Below, in pieces: positions 1-8,885 of a DNA stretch of 64,000 bases (position 1 is its first letter; every line of letters begins with the position of its first letter). The stretch spans positions 1 to 64,000 of the IMG/VR virus record IMGVR_UViG_3300012798_000001; one strand, 5' to 3'. The position numbers were made by a program, and so were the translations under genes. Source of the DNA: a virus. A model generated the notes under the pieces. The model was not told the DNA's origin. It searched no databases and saw only the letters and a list, made by a program, of their open reading frames with translations.

Positions 1-1
1 C

Positions 2-865
2 CCGGCCCGTGAAATCATCCATGACCGGTGGAACACGCTCTACCACCCGCTCTGCGGCACCTCGCCGATCTTCGCTTGCGGCCTGGCGGCGATGCAGGGC
101 CTCAAGATTCAGAACAACTCGGCGTCGTTCTTCGCCAACGGGTCGCAGCCGGGCGGCATTCTGACTGCGCCTGCCGCGATCAGCAACGAGACCGCAGAGC
201 GGCTGAAGGCCCATTGGGACACCAACTACTCCGGCGCCAATGTGGGCAAGGTCGCCGTCCTCGGTGACGGGCTCAAGTATGAGCCGATGGCGATCAATGC
301 GGTCGACTCGCAACTGATCGAGCAGCTCAAGTGGACGGCCGAGGTGGTGTGCGCCACGTTCGGGGTCCCGGCGTACATGGCCGGCATCGGCGCGATGCCG
401 ACCTACAACAACATCGAGGCCCTGAATCAGCAGTATTACTCGCAGTGCCTCCAGATCCACATCGAGAGCATCGAGCTTTGCCTGAACGAGGGGCTCGCCC
501 TGCCGAAGAGCTACGGCACCCGGTTCTCGATTGACGATCTGCTGCGGATGGATACGGCCACCATGGTCAAGGCCGAGGCCGAGGCGGTGGGCGCCGGCAT
601 CAAGTCGCCCAACGAGAGCCGGCTGCGGCTCAACCTGCCGCCGGTCAAGGGCGGCGCCACCCCGTACCTCCAGCAGCAGAATTACTCGCTCGCAGCCCTC
701 GACGATCGCGACCGCGGCGACCCGTTCGCCAAGCCGCAGCCGGCGCCGCAGATCGCGCCGCCGGAGGATACCGAGGAAGACGAGCCGGACGACCAGGACG
801 CGCAGGCCGATGCCGCGCGCTTCGCGGCCCGGCTGGTCCATCGGCTGCTCCAGGCCGCAGCGTGA
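2..865 (+). CDS. phage portal protein, HK97-type (5' end outside window)
   Basis: Frame is open from nt 2 with no upstream stop. The motifs '[23 protein letters not shown]...[19 protein letters not shown]' and the acidic C-tail fit my recollection of Phage_portal C-terminal halves. The stop overlaps the next start (GTGA). Confidence 0.85.
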   Translation, partial: PAREIIHDRWNTLYHPLCGTSPIFACGLAAMQGLKIQNNSASFFANGSQPGGILTAPAAISNETAERLKAHWDTNYSGANVGKVAVLGDGLKYEPMAINAVDSQLIEQLKWTAEVVCATFGVPAYMAGIGAMPTYNNIEALNQQYYSQCLQIHIESIELCLNEGLALPKSYGTRFSIDDLLRMDTATMVKAEAEAVGAGIKSPNESRLRLNLPPVKGGATPYLQQQNYSLAALDDRDRGDPFAKPQPAPQIAPPEDTEEDEPDDQDAQADAARFAARLVHRLLQAAA

Positions 866-2523
866 TCCACGTCGTCCTCGGTCCACCGACCGCAGGGAAA
901 TCGACCTACGTCCGCCAGCACGCCGCCGAGGGCGACGTGATCGTGGACTATGACGCCATCGCGCAGGCGCTCGGCTTTCCCGAGGAGCACGACGCCGATG
1001 GCTCGATCCGCCTCGTCACCCGGTCGGCGCGGGCTGGCGCCATCAACCGGGTCATGGACGGGCTCGACCACGACGCTTGGATCATCGGCACCAATCCGAA
1101 GCCGGCCCGGCTTCGTGCCTACGCCCGAGCTGGCGCGGACTTCACCGTGATCGACCCCGGCCAGGAGGAGTGCCTCCGGCGGGCCAAGCAGCAGGGTCGG
1201 CCGCCGGGCGTCTTCGTGGCAATCAATGACTGGTACGCCGCTCCGCCGGTCCTACCGGGCACAGAAGAAGGGCCAAAGGCGATGCCGAGATCGAGTACCG
1301 CAGTCGCCGACATGGCCGATGCCGTCTATGACGCGGTCAAGGTCTATGTCGGGCGTGAGGTCGGTGGCGTGAAGCCCCAGCTCGTCTCGCTACAGCGCGA
1401 CCTCGACGCCGCAGTGACGATGCTGTCGGTCACGGAGGCGGAGTTGAAGGAGGCCCGCGCCGACGCTGCGACGGCCCGAGCCGAGACCGCGGAGATCCGT
1501 GTCGTCGCCAACGGCCTCGTCGAGCGGTTGGGCGAAGTCATGGAGCGGCTGTCCATCCTGGAGGCCAGGGCGCCCGTTGCCGGCCCTGCGGGGCCCGCTG
1601 GAGCCGATGGCGCCCCAGGGGCGCCCGGTCCCAAGGGCGACCCCGGCGAGGCCGGCCCAGCGGGCCCCCAGGGGCCGCCCGGCCAAGACGGCCTGGCCGG
1701 CCCCCGAGGGGAGCGCGGCGAGGCCGGTCCGCAGGGCCCGGAGGGGCCGGCGGGCCGCGACGGCCAGGACGGGGCGCCTGGGCCTGCTGGCGCGCCTGGA
1801 GAGGCGGGTCCCGCGGGTCCGCAGGGGCCGGAGGGCCCGGCTGGCCAGGACGGGGCCCCTGGGCCCGCTGGCGCGCCCGGCGAGGCCGGTCCGGCTGGTC
1901 CCCAGGGGGAACAAGGGCAGGCAGGGCCGGCGGGCCTGGACGGCGCCCCTGGCGCGCCCGGCGAGGCCGGTCCGGCTGGCGAGGCTGGCCCGGCTGGCCC
2001 CCAGGGCGAGAAGGGCCTGGACGGGGCCCCTGGCCGCGACGGGCGGGATGGCGTCCAAGGGCCGCAGGGCGAGCGTGGCTTGCCCGGTCCCCAGGGCGAG
2101 GCCGGTCCGATCGGCATGCGCGGCGAGCGCGGCGAGAAGGGCGACCCTGGCCGCGACGGTGCCAGCGTCCACAGCATCGACCTCACGACCCCGGATGGCG
2201 GCCGGACGTTCGTCTTCAGCATCGAGGGCGGCGACGAGGTGCTGGTCAACGAGATCCAGACCCGCACGACGATCTGGCAGGGCATCTACGAGGAGGGCCG
2301 GACCTACCAGCCCGGCGACATCGTCACCCTCGGCGGCTCCTGGTGGCACTGCAACCTGGAGACCACCGAACGGCCCGGTGAGGCCAAGGCGGCCTGGAGC
2401 CTCACGGTCAAGCGTGGCCGCGACGGCAAGGACGGCAAGAACGGCGAGCGCGGCGAGCGCGGGCCGCAGGGCCCGGCGGGGCGTGACCTGACGCAGATCG
2501 CTCCGGATGGGAGCAAGTTCTGA
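862..2523 (+). CDS. P-loop kinase-like domain / coiled coil / collagen-like repeat / CBM-like C-terminal fusion protein
   Basis: Single 553-aa ORF. It has a Walker A 'GPPTAGKST' in the first ~130 aa, then a heptad-like Ala/Glu/Leu segment, ~64 uninterrupted G-X-Y triplets, and a globular tail '[27 protein letters not shown]'. A second 8-triplet GXY run follows. Confidence 0.8.
   Translation: MIHVVLGPPTAGKSTYVRQHAAEGDVIVDYDAIAQALGFPEEHDADGSIRLVTRSARAGAINRVMDGLDHDAWIIGTNPKPARLRAYARAGADFTVIDPGQEECLRRAKQQGRPPGVFVAINDWYAAPPVLPGTEEGPKAMPRSSTAVADMADAVYDAVKVYVGREVGGVKPQLVSLQRDLDAAVTMLSVTEAELKEARADAATARAETAEIRVVANGLVERLGEVMERLSILEARAPVAGPAGPAGADGAPGAPGPKGDPGEAGPAGPQGPPGQDGLAGPRGERGEAGPQGPEGPAGRDGQDGAPGPAGAPGEAGPAGPQGPEGPAGQDGAPGPAGAPGEAGPAGPQGEQGQAGPAGLDGAPGAPGEAGPAGEAGPAGPQGEKGLDGAPGRDGRDGVQGPQGERGLPGPQGEAGPIGMRGERGEKGDPGRDGASVHSIDLTTPDGGRTFVFSIEGGDEVLVNEIQTRTTIWQGIYEEGRTYQPGDIVTLGGSWWHCNLETTERPGEAKAAWSLTVKRGRDGKDGKNGERGERGPQGPAGRDLTQIAPDGSKF
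1582..2160 (+). repeat. collagen-like Gly-X-Y coding repeat (~64 triplets)
   Basis: '[37 protein letters not shown]...[13 protein letters not shown]' reads without interruption. Nucleotide units such as ggcgcgcccggcgaggccggtccggctgg recur. Confidence 0.9.
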
Positions 2524-2825
2524 TGGCCACCACCCCGCTCGTGACCCTGGAGATGGTCCGGGATCGCCTCCGCATTGACGCGGTGGACGATCAAGCCGAC
2601 GTGGAGCGGATGATGCGGGAGGGCACCCGCATCGTCCTGGGCTACCTCAAGCCGCAGCCCGATGGCTCGCCCCTCGACCGGGGCTGGACCATCGACACGG
2701 TGCCCGAGCACGTCCAGACCTCGATCCTGCTCGTGATCCGGGCGATCTACGACGGGGAGGATAATCCGCTGTCGCAGGCGGTGATCGACATCCTCCACCG
2801 CGACCGGGACCCGGCGCTCGCATGA
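2523..2825 (+). CDS. head-tail connector (gp6-like / DNA-packaging connector family)
   Basis: 'LVTLEMVRDRLRIDAVDDQADVERMMREGTRIVLGYL' is the typical N-terminal signature. ATGA coupling to the upstream gene and the gene position also fit. Confidence 0.7.
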   Translation: MATTPLVTLEMVRDRLRIDAVDDQADVERMMREGTRIVLGYLKPQPDGSPLDRGWTIDTVPEHVQTSILLVIRAIYDGEDNPLSQAVIDILHRDRDPALA

Positions 2826-3169
2826 GCCGGCAGCCGATGCGGGCCCGGCGGCTCCGCACCCGCCTCACCTTCTACAGCCCGATCGAGAACGAGAGCCCAA
2901 CCGGGAACGTCGAGTTGGGCTGGGAGCCGTTCGTCTCCCGCTGGGTCGAGATGGCCGGCATGCGGGGCAAGGAGCAGCTCCAGGCCGGTCGCCTGGAGGC
3001 CCAGGTCCCGTCGATCGTCCGCATCCGGTGGGACAGCGAGACCGAGCTGATCACGTCGGCGTTCCGGGCCGGCAAGACCGGACCCGACTTCGCGATCGTG
3101 TCGGTCTCGGAGCCGGACCAGATGCGGCGAATGATCGAGCTGCTGCTGCTCACGGGCAAGCCGGGCTAG
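2822..3169 (+). CDS. head closure / head-tail adaptor protein
   Basis: 115 aa. Overlaps the upstream stop. 'LRTRLTFYSP...GNVELGWEPFVSRWVEMAGMRGKE' resembles head-closure (SPP1 gp16/HK97 gp9-like) proteins. Confidence 0.65.
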   Translation: MSRQPMRARRLRTRLTFYSPIENESPTGNVELGWEPFVSRWVEMAGMRGKEQLQAGRLEAQVPSIVRIRWDSETELITSAFRAGKTGPDFAIVSVSEPDQMRRMIELLLLTGKPG

Positions 3170-3172
3170 GCC

Positions 3173-3682
3173 ATGGGCACCTTCAAGGTCGATGGCACTG
3201 CCAAGCTGCAACAGAAGCTTGAGCAGATGCCGGCATCTGTCCGCGAGGCGATGTCGAACGCCATCGCCGATGGCATGGAGGATCTCAACGACTACCAGCG
3301 CCGCCTCGCCCGTCGCGTCTGGCGGACCGGCGAACTGGAGTCGAGCATCGGTTGGGGCTGGGTCACTCCAGGGCAGGACGGCCTGGAGGGGCTCAAGAAG
3401 TTCCGCGCCGTCAACCTCGCGCAGAAGGGCGCCTTCCAATTGGCCGCCAAGGCGTATGCCGGGCGTGTCGACGGGAAAGAAGCCTACTACGCCAAGTTCG
3501 TCGAGTTCGGCACCCGCTACAAGCCGGCGCGGCCGTTCTTCTTCCCGGCCTATCGGCTGAAGAAGCGCGACATCAAGCGGAACATCGCCACCGCCTCGCG
3601 CCGGGCCATCCGCGCAATCGCCAAGGCCGCCGGCACGCCGCCGCCGCGGAAGCCGAGAGCGCCGAAGGGTGCCGCGACATGA
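3173..3682 (+). CDS. HK97 gp10-like tail-component protein
   Basis: 'AYYAKFVEFGTRYKPARPFFFPAY' is the hallmark of the HK97-gp10 family. Confidence 0.7.
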   Translation: MGTFKVDGTAKLQQKLEQMPASVREAMSNAIADGMEDLNDYQRRLARRVWRTGELESSIGWGWVTPGQDGLEGLKKFRAVNLAQKGAFQLAAKAYAGRVDGKEAYYAKFVEFGTRYKPARPFFFPAYRLKKRDIKRNIATASRRAIRAIAKAAGTPPPRKPRAPKGAAT

Positions 3683-4095
3683 GCCCAGACTGCTCCAACG
3701 AGTTGATCGAGGCAATCCGGGCGCGGCTGCTGGCCGACCCGGCTGTCACCGCCATCGTCGGCACCCGCGTATTCGATCGGCCGGACATGGGGGTCGACTT
3801 CCCCTGGCTCCAGATCGGCGAGACCCTGCTTCAGCCGTTCGAGGCGCAGTGCGTCACCGGGACGAGCATCTTCCTGACACTGCATGGCTGGGGTCGCGAT
3901 GGCCATGCGGGCGACGACATGCGGGCGCTCGGCGCCGCGGTCTACGCCAGCCTCCATACGAAGAAGTTCCTGCTGCCTGGGCCCTACGCCCTGCAACTGA
4001 TCGAGCATCAGAACACGCAGGTTCTTCGCGATCCGGACGGCACCACCCGGCACCTCGTGACGGAGTTCCGCGCCGACACGACGGCCGATCTCTGA
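3679..4095 (+). CDS. tail terminator/completion protein (DUF3168-like)
   Basis: Internal ATG at 3679 overlaps the upstream stop (ATGA). 'IRARLLADPAVTAIVGTRVFD...FPWLQIGE' is a DUF3168-type pattern. It lies directly before the major tail gene. Confidence 0.6.
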   Translation: MSPDCSNELIEAIRARLLADPAVTAIVGTRVFDRPDMGVDFPWLQIGETLLQPFEAQCVTGTSIFLTLHGWGRDGHAGDDMRALGAAVYASLHTKKFLLPGPYALQLIEHQNTQVLRDPDGTTRHLVTEFRADTTADL

Positions 4096-4175
4096 TCGGT
4101 CTGCCCGACCCGGCCCTTGGGCAAGGCTGACCGGCCCGCAGCGATGCGCGCCCTTCCCATGATGGAGCCCTTGCC

Positions 4176-4628
4176 ATGGCCCAGCCCGATCTCGCAGGTG
4201 CGAGGGAGCTGCTGCTGTATTTCGAAGATCCCGACGCCCCGAACGCTTGGCTCTTCGCCTGCGGCATCAACTCGCGAGCCCTGAACGGCACCCTCAACAA
4301 CACCGAGACCCCGATCGCCGACTGCGACGACCCCACGGCGCTGCCGGTGCGGCGGGTGACGGCGAACTACTTCGCCGAGGAGATCTCCGGCACCGGCATG
4401 CTCGCCCTGGAGCGCCTGGACGATTTCGAGGCGATCTACCAGTCGGCCGAGTCCCATCGCTGGCGCATCGGCATCATCAACCGCGGCTATTGGCAGGGCC
4501 CGTTCCTGATGACCGCCCGCAACATCGGCGGCGAGCAGGAAGGCTTTGTCACCCTGGAGATCACGCTCTCCAGCGACGGCCCGGTTCCGTACATCGCTGA
4601 TCCCACCTTCCCCGGAGGCACCACGTGA
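4176..4628 (+). CDS. major tail (tube) protein
   Basis: 150 aa, lying between the tail terminator and the chaperone genes. Resembles GTA/TP901-1-type major tail proteins ('TGMLALERLDDFEAIY'). Confidence 0.65.
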   Translation: MAQPDLAGARELLLYFEDPDAPNAWLFACGINSRALNGTLNNTETPIADCDDPTALPVRRVTANYFAEEISGTGMLALERLDDFEAIYQSAESHRWRIGIINRGYWQGPFLMTARNIGGEQEGFVTLEITLSSDGPVPYIADPTFPGGTT

Positions 4629-5053
4629 CTTGGACTGCCCTCATTGAGGTGCCGTTCGCCAACGAACTGCATCGTTTCCGCCTCGGCCTCGGTCAACTGG
4701 AAGATCTGGAGAGCCGGTTCAAGGTCGGCACCATCGGCTGGGTCGAGAAGTTCCGGGCCAACGAGTGGCGCATCGGCGAGATGCGCGCCGTCTTCATCAC
4801 CGCGCTCGTCGGCGGCGGCCAGGACCCGGCGCAGGCGAAGGAAGTCGTCGATCGCTGCATGATGGCGTGGCCGCTGGTCCGGAACGTCGATCTGTTCTGG
4901 AAGATCGTCAACGCAGCGATCCTCGAACCGCCGCCTGGGATGTCCTCGGGAAAAGTTCAGGCGGACGAGGAGGAGGAGATGGCCTCAACCTCGCCCGCCT
5001 CCTCGGTCTCGGAGGAGCCCTCGGCTACACCGCGGAGGAAGTCTGGCGCATGA
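4625..5053 (+). CDS. tail assembly chaperone (gpG-like, zero-frame product)
   Basis: Sits between the tube and tape measure genes. Has an acidic C-terminus and contains an in-phase slippery heptamer. Confidence 0.7.
   Translation: MTWTALIEVPFANELHRFRLGLGQLEDLESRFKVGTIGWVEKFRANEWRIGEMRAVFITALVGGGQDPAQAKEVVDRCMMAWPLVRNVDLFWKIVNAAILEPPPGMSSGKVQADEEEEMASTSPASSVSEEPSATPRRKSGA
4948..4954 (+). promoter_or_regulatory. -1 programmed ribosomal frameshift site G_GGA_AAA
   Basis: GGGAAAA is in the X_XXY_YYZ phase of the 4625 frame (codons TCG GGA AAA). The -1 frame is open from here to 5181. Confidence 0.7.
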
Positions 5054-5181
5054 GCCTGTGGGAGTTGACGGCGCTGGTGGACGGCTTCAACGCCGCGCAT
5101 GGCGGCGAAGACGGCGGTGGCGTCGCTCCGATGACCGTGGAGCGGTTGAAGCAGATCAACCCTCCACGGACGATCCATTGA
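4954..5181 (+). CDS. gpT-like extension of the tail assembly chaperone (-1 frame; G-T fusion 4625..4954/4954..5181)
   Basis: The -1 frame reads 'GKSSGG...LNLARLLGLGGALGYTAEEVWRMSLWELTALVDGFNAAHGG'. This is a GTA rcc01693/TIGR02216-like domain. It begins upstream of the only internal ATG (5050), which argues for a fusion. Confidence 0.65.
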   Translation, partial: SSGGRGGGDGLNLARLLGLGGALGYTAEEVWRMSLWELTALVDGFNAAHGGEDGGGVAPMTVERLKQINPPRTIH

Positions 5182-5548
5182 GCGAAGCCCACAGGGCATC
5201 TGCGCGCTCGTAATCTCGGTTCACCCTGGCCCGATCGCAGTTGAGCACCGTGCGCATCCGGGACGCGGTCATGTAAGTCGATGTGACCGATGCCAGGGTC
5301 TCGGCCGAGAACTTCGGGTCGGCCCGCAGGAGTTTGATCAGGCTCACCATCGGGTCCCCAGGCCGGCGGCTCTTCGTGCAGGCGTAGTCCCCACCCTCGG
5401 CTTCGCCCAATGCCTTCGCGTAGTCGACATAAGCCGCAGGCGCGATGGCCTGGGGCTGGGGCTGGGGCTCGCCGCCCGTGCTGACATAAGCGCCGACTGC
5501 GCCGCCGAGCAGGGCAGTAACGAGCGTGCCGATCAAATAACTAGCCAT
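5156..5548 (-). CDS. small N-terminally membrane-anchored protein (moron)
   Basis: Start 'MASYLIGTLVTALLGGAVGAYV' has GGAG 7 nt upstream. It is the only reverse-strand gene inside the tail module. Its 3' end overlaps the end of the gpT frame. Confidence 0.55.
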   Translation of the reverse strand: MASYLIGTLVTALLGGAVGAYVSTGGEPQPQPQAIAPAAYVDYAKALGEAEGGDYACTKSRRPGDPMVSLIKLLRADPKFSAETLASVTSTYMTASRMRTVLNCDRARVNRDYERADALWASLNGSSVEG

Positions 5549-5601
5549 CGAAATCTCCGGGTTCGAGTCCTTTTGCATTGACATAATCGAAAGTTGCCCG
5601 A

Positions 5602-8220
5602 ATGGCAATGACCGAACTCGAAACGCTGCTAGTCACGGTCGAAGCAGATCTTCGCCGTTACTCCAAGCAGATGCAGCAGCTTGGGCAGATGACCGATGGC
5701 GGCTTCAAGAAAGCCGGCAAGGCCGCCAATGACGGCCTTTCGACCGTCGAGCAACGCGCCAAGCAGGCTTCGGCCCAGGCCCAGAAGGCGCTTCAGGACG
5801 CGCAGCGGTCCTCTCGCCAGTTCGGCCAGACGATCCAGAACGTCGGCTATCAAGTCGGCGACTTTTTCGTCCAGATCGAAAGCGGCCAAGGCTTCCTGAG
5901 AGCCCTCACGCAGCAAGGCACTCAGGTTCTCGGTGCCTTCGGCCCCTGGGGCGCCGTGCTCGGTGCTGCGGCCGGGTCCTTGGCAGTCCTGGCTTCGACG
6001 ATCGGCTTGTTTGGCCCTTCGGTTTCGGAGGCAACCGAAGCGGTCACGAAGCTCAATGACCAGCTCGGGACCACCGACGAACTCACGAAGGCTGCGGCTG
6101 GCGGTTACGACGCGCTGATCCAAAAGGTCAAGGAGTCGACCCGCGCCACCCGTGAGGCGTTCCTCGCCGAGCTGGCGATCGAAGGCCGCGAGGCGGAGAA
6201 GAAGCTCAAGGAGACCGCGGAGACCGTCGCCGGGGCCATGGGCGACATCAACTCTGCGGTCGCCGAGCGGGTGTCCGTCCTCTTCGGCAACGCGGCCGGT
6301 GGCGTGTCGCTGGTCGGGCAGGAGATCAACAAGCTCCAGGACCAGATCGCGAAGGGCGTCGCCTCGCCGGAGGATTTCGAGCGCCTGAACAAGCTCTTGC
6401 GCGATGGCGGCACGGCGAGCGGCGAGGCCACTGCGCGGGCCAAGGAACTCCAGGAGCAGATCGCCAGCCTCATCAAGACGATCGAGTCCGGCAAGGCGAC
6501 CCCGGACCAGTACCTCCAGCTCGCCACCATCCTCCGCGATCTCGCGCAGTCGGCGACGCCAGAGCTGTCGGCGAAACTCCTGGAGCAGGCGGACAACCTC
6601 GCTGTCGCGGCCGGCGCCACCGAGAAGACGAACGACAAGCTCAAGGAGATCAAGGCGACGACCGATGCCGTCACTGGCGCTACGGACGCCGCGACGAAGG
6701 CGACGCTCAACAATGCGGCGGCGATGGATACCGGGACCGGCGCGGCTGGCCGGTATGCCGATGCGATCCGTGGCGCGGTCAAGGCGCTGCAAGAGCAGCA
6801 GCGGGCGTCCGGCTACAATTCCAACCCGACGTTCGAGGTCGGTGGCGGCAACCTGAGCTTTGGCGGGTCGCGTGAGCGCGCTCCGGGCACGATGGGCCCG
6901 ACCTTCGGCAACCTGGACCCGTCATACCTGAAAGACGAGCCCGCGTGGTTCGATAGCGACGCGATCAACGACGCCATCAACCCGGTCAAGGTGCTGGGCC
7001 TCGGCTTCGCCAAGGTCGTCCCGGAAGCGAAGGAGTTCACGGACAGCCTCAAGGCCGCGGAGGCGGCTGCCGTCGATCTGTCCAAGCTGCCGAAGACGTT
7101 CACGATCGGCGGCGGCGGCGTCAACTTCAAGGGCCTCCCCAACCGGACCGACTTGCTCGGCGACCTCTTCGGATCGGAGAGCCCGGCAGATCTGACGACT
7201 AGCGAGTTCTCGCGCTCGATTTATGGGAAGGGCAGGGAAAAGGAGCCCAAGACCCCGAAGGAAAAGAGGACCCCGGAGGACCGGGCCGAAGACCGCACTC
7301 AGGCGCTCAAGGACGAGATCGCCTACAACGAGCAGCTTGCCGCGGTCTATGGCCAGGGCATCGAAGCCCGCAACCGGGTCACCGCCTCGTATGAGGCGCT
7401 CAAGGAGGCCCGGAAGACCGGGCTGGCCGAGGGCTCGGAAGAGTTCCGCCAATTCATCGACACGCAGACGGCCCAGAACGTCGTCAACCTCGGGCTTGAG
7501 CATCGCCTCGACCTGATGAAGCAGGGGCAGGCGCTTACCGAGTCCTTGATGACGGACCAGGAGCGCCAGAACAAGCTGCTCGCCGACTACCAGGAGATGC
7601 TCCGGGCCGGCGCCATCGGCACCGAGATCTACAAGCGCGCCGTCGCCGCCGCCACCAGCGAGAACGACAATCTGGTCGAGGCGATCGGTGGTGTCGGTGA
7701 CGCCATCGAGTCCGGCATCCAGGGCGCGACGAGCTTTGCCGACGCCCTGGCCAAGATCGGCCTCCAGCTCTTGAGCCTCCTGTCCAAGGGGCTGTTCGGC
7801 GCCGGCCCGCTCGGTGGCCTGTTCAATAACATCTTCGGGGTCGCGGCCGGCGGCATCCTCGGCACCCCGGCCAGCGCCATCAACGCGGGCGCGACGGCGC
7901 CGCTGGCGGGGCTCGGCACCGGGTTCCGCCGGTCCTTCGCCGCAGGCGGTTGGGGCGGCCCCGGCCCGGTCCTCGTCGGCGAGAGCGGGCCCGAGATCGC
8001 GAACATGCCGAGCCGCGCCTACATCTCGCCGGCCAATGCCACCCGGCGGATGCTCCAGGGCGGCAACGATAACCGGCCCATCGAGATCAACGTCAACGGC
8101 GCCACCGGCAACGCCGAGTTGAAGCAGATGGTCGCCCTCGGCGTCGATCAAGCGGTCAAGCGATCGGGCCGCAACGTGCCGGGCATCCAGCGCAATTACA
8201 ACCTGCGGTTCGGTCCCTGA
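5602..8220 (+). CDS. tail tape measure protein
   Basis: 872 aa, Ala/Gln/Lys-rich and helical, with a Gly-rich hydrophobic segment near aa 730-790. Position is after the chaperones. Confidence 0.85.
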   Translation: MAMTELETLLVTVEADLRRYSKQMQQLGQMTDGGFKKAGKAANDGLSTVEQRAKQASAQAQKALQDAQRSSRQFGQTIQNVGYQVGDFFVQIESGQGFLRALTQQGTQVLGAFGPWGAVLGAAAGSLAVLASTIGLFGPSVSEATEAVTKLNDQLGTTDELTKAAAGGYDALIQKVKESTRATREAFLAELAIEGREAEKKLKETAETVAGAMGDINSAVAERVSVLFGNAAGGVSLVGQEINKLQDQIAKGVASPEDFERLNKLLRDGGTASGEATARAKELQEQIASLIKTIESGKATPDQYLQLATILRDLAQSATPELSAKLLEQADNLAVAAGATEKTNDKLKEIKATTDAVTGATDAATKATLNNAAAMDTGTGAAGRYADAIRGAVKALQEQQRASGYNSNPTFEVGGGNLSFGGSRERAPGTMGPTFGNLDPSYLKDEPAWFDSDAINDAINPVKVLGLGFAKVVPEAKEFTDSLKAAEAAAVDLSKLPKTFTIGGGGVNFKGLPNRTDLLGDLFGSESPADLTTSEFSRSIYGKGREKEPKTPKEKRTPEDRAEDRTQALKDEIAYNEQLAAVYGQGIEARNRVTASYEALKEARKTGLAEGSEEFRQFIDTQTAQNVVNLGLEHRLDLMKQGQALTESLMTDQERQNKLLADYQEMLRAGAIGTEIYKRAVAAATSENDNLVEAIGGVGDAIESGIQGATSFADALAKIGLQLLSLLSKGLFGAGPLGGLFNNIFGVAAGGILGTPASAINAGATAPLAGLGTGFRRSFAAGGWGGPGPVLVGESGPEIANMPSRAYISPANATRRMLQGGNDNRPIEINVNGATGNAELKQMVALGVDQAVKRSGRNVPGIQRNYNLRFGP

Positions 8221-8879
8221 TGGAGACCTACTCGTTCCCGCCCGCCCTGTGGGCGGCATCGCAGTCGTGGTTCCTCGACGCCAGGACGCGCTCGGGCGGC
8301 GAAACCGTCACCGGGCGCGAGCCGGTGGTCTCGTCCGGTCTGTCCCGGTGGATGTGCAGCCTCACCTTCCCGCTGTACAGCCGCGAGACCATCCTCGCCC
8401 ATGGCGCGCTGCTGGCGCAGTTGGAGGGCCGGGCCAACGCGGTCCGGTTGCCCTTCTGCCCCGGCCCGACCGGCGCCCGTGTGCTGCCGCGGATCAACGG
8501 CGTTCCCTACGCCGGCAGGAACCTGTGGCTTCGGCCTGGCGTGCTTCCGGAGAGCCTCGGCGTCGCCCCCACGGTCCGCGTCACCGCACTTGCCGGCGCG
8601 ACCGAGATCGTCCTGAACATGGGCACGCTCGTGGGGCTCGAACCCGGCGTCATCTTCGGCCTTGGTGAACGGCTGTACATCGTCACCGAGATGCACGGCG
8701 TCTCGGTCACGAACGTCAAGTTCCGGCCGAAGCTGCGCTTTCAGATCAACGCCGGCACCGCCGTCAACTGGAAGAACCCGCGCTGCATCATGCGCCTCCA
8801 GACGGATGACAGCGGCCGGGCCGATATCGCGCTCCGCCGGACCGGCTCGGCGCAGATGGATTTCGTCGAAGTCTGGTGA
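8220..8879 (+). CDS. distal/minor tail protein
   Basis: ATGA-coupled to the tape measure gene. Its position equals lambda gpM / RcGTA g12. Confidence 0.55.
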   Translation: METYSFPPALWAASQSWFLDARTRSGGETVTGREPVVSSGLSRWMCSLTFPLYSRETILAHGALLAQLEGRANAVRLPFCPGPTGARVLPRINGVPYAGRNLWLRPGVLPESLGVAPTVRVTALAGATEIVLNMGTLVGLEPGVIFGLGERLYIVTEMHGVSVTNVKFRPKLRFQINAGTAVNWKNPRCIMRLQTDDSGRADIALRRTGSAQMDFVEVW

Positions 8880-8885
8880 TCCCCG

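Noticed and set aside
1582-2160. Collagen-like sequence as eukaryotic contamination.
   Set aside because: It is embedded in one continuous ORF that is translationally coupled to the portal and connector genes. Its GC content matches the rest. Collagen-like repeats are well known in phage fibre proteins.
1344-2491. Three long alternative-frame ORFs (1344..2285 -, 1390..2349 -, 1499..2491 +).
   Set aside because: They are by-products of the GGN-CCN periodicity of the collagen-like repeat. Only the + frame from 862 gives Gly-X-Y plus flanking globular domains and start/stop coupling.
5050-5181. Independent 43-aa gene starting at ATG 5050.
   Set aside because: The conserved domain in this frame begins upstream of the ATG, and an in-phase slippery heptamer lies at 4948. 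It is better explained as the gpT part of a G-T frameshift product.
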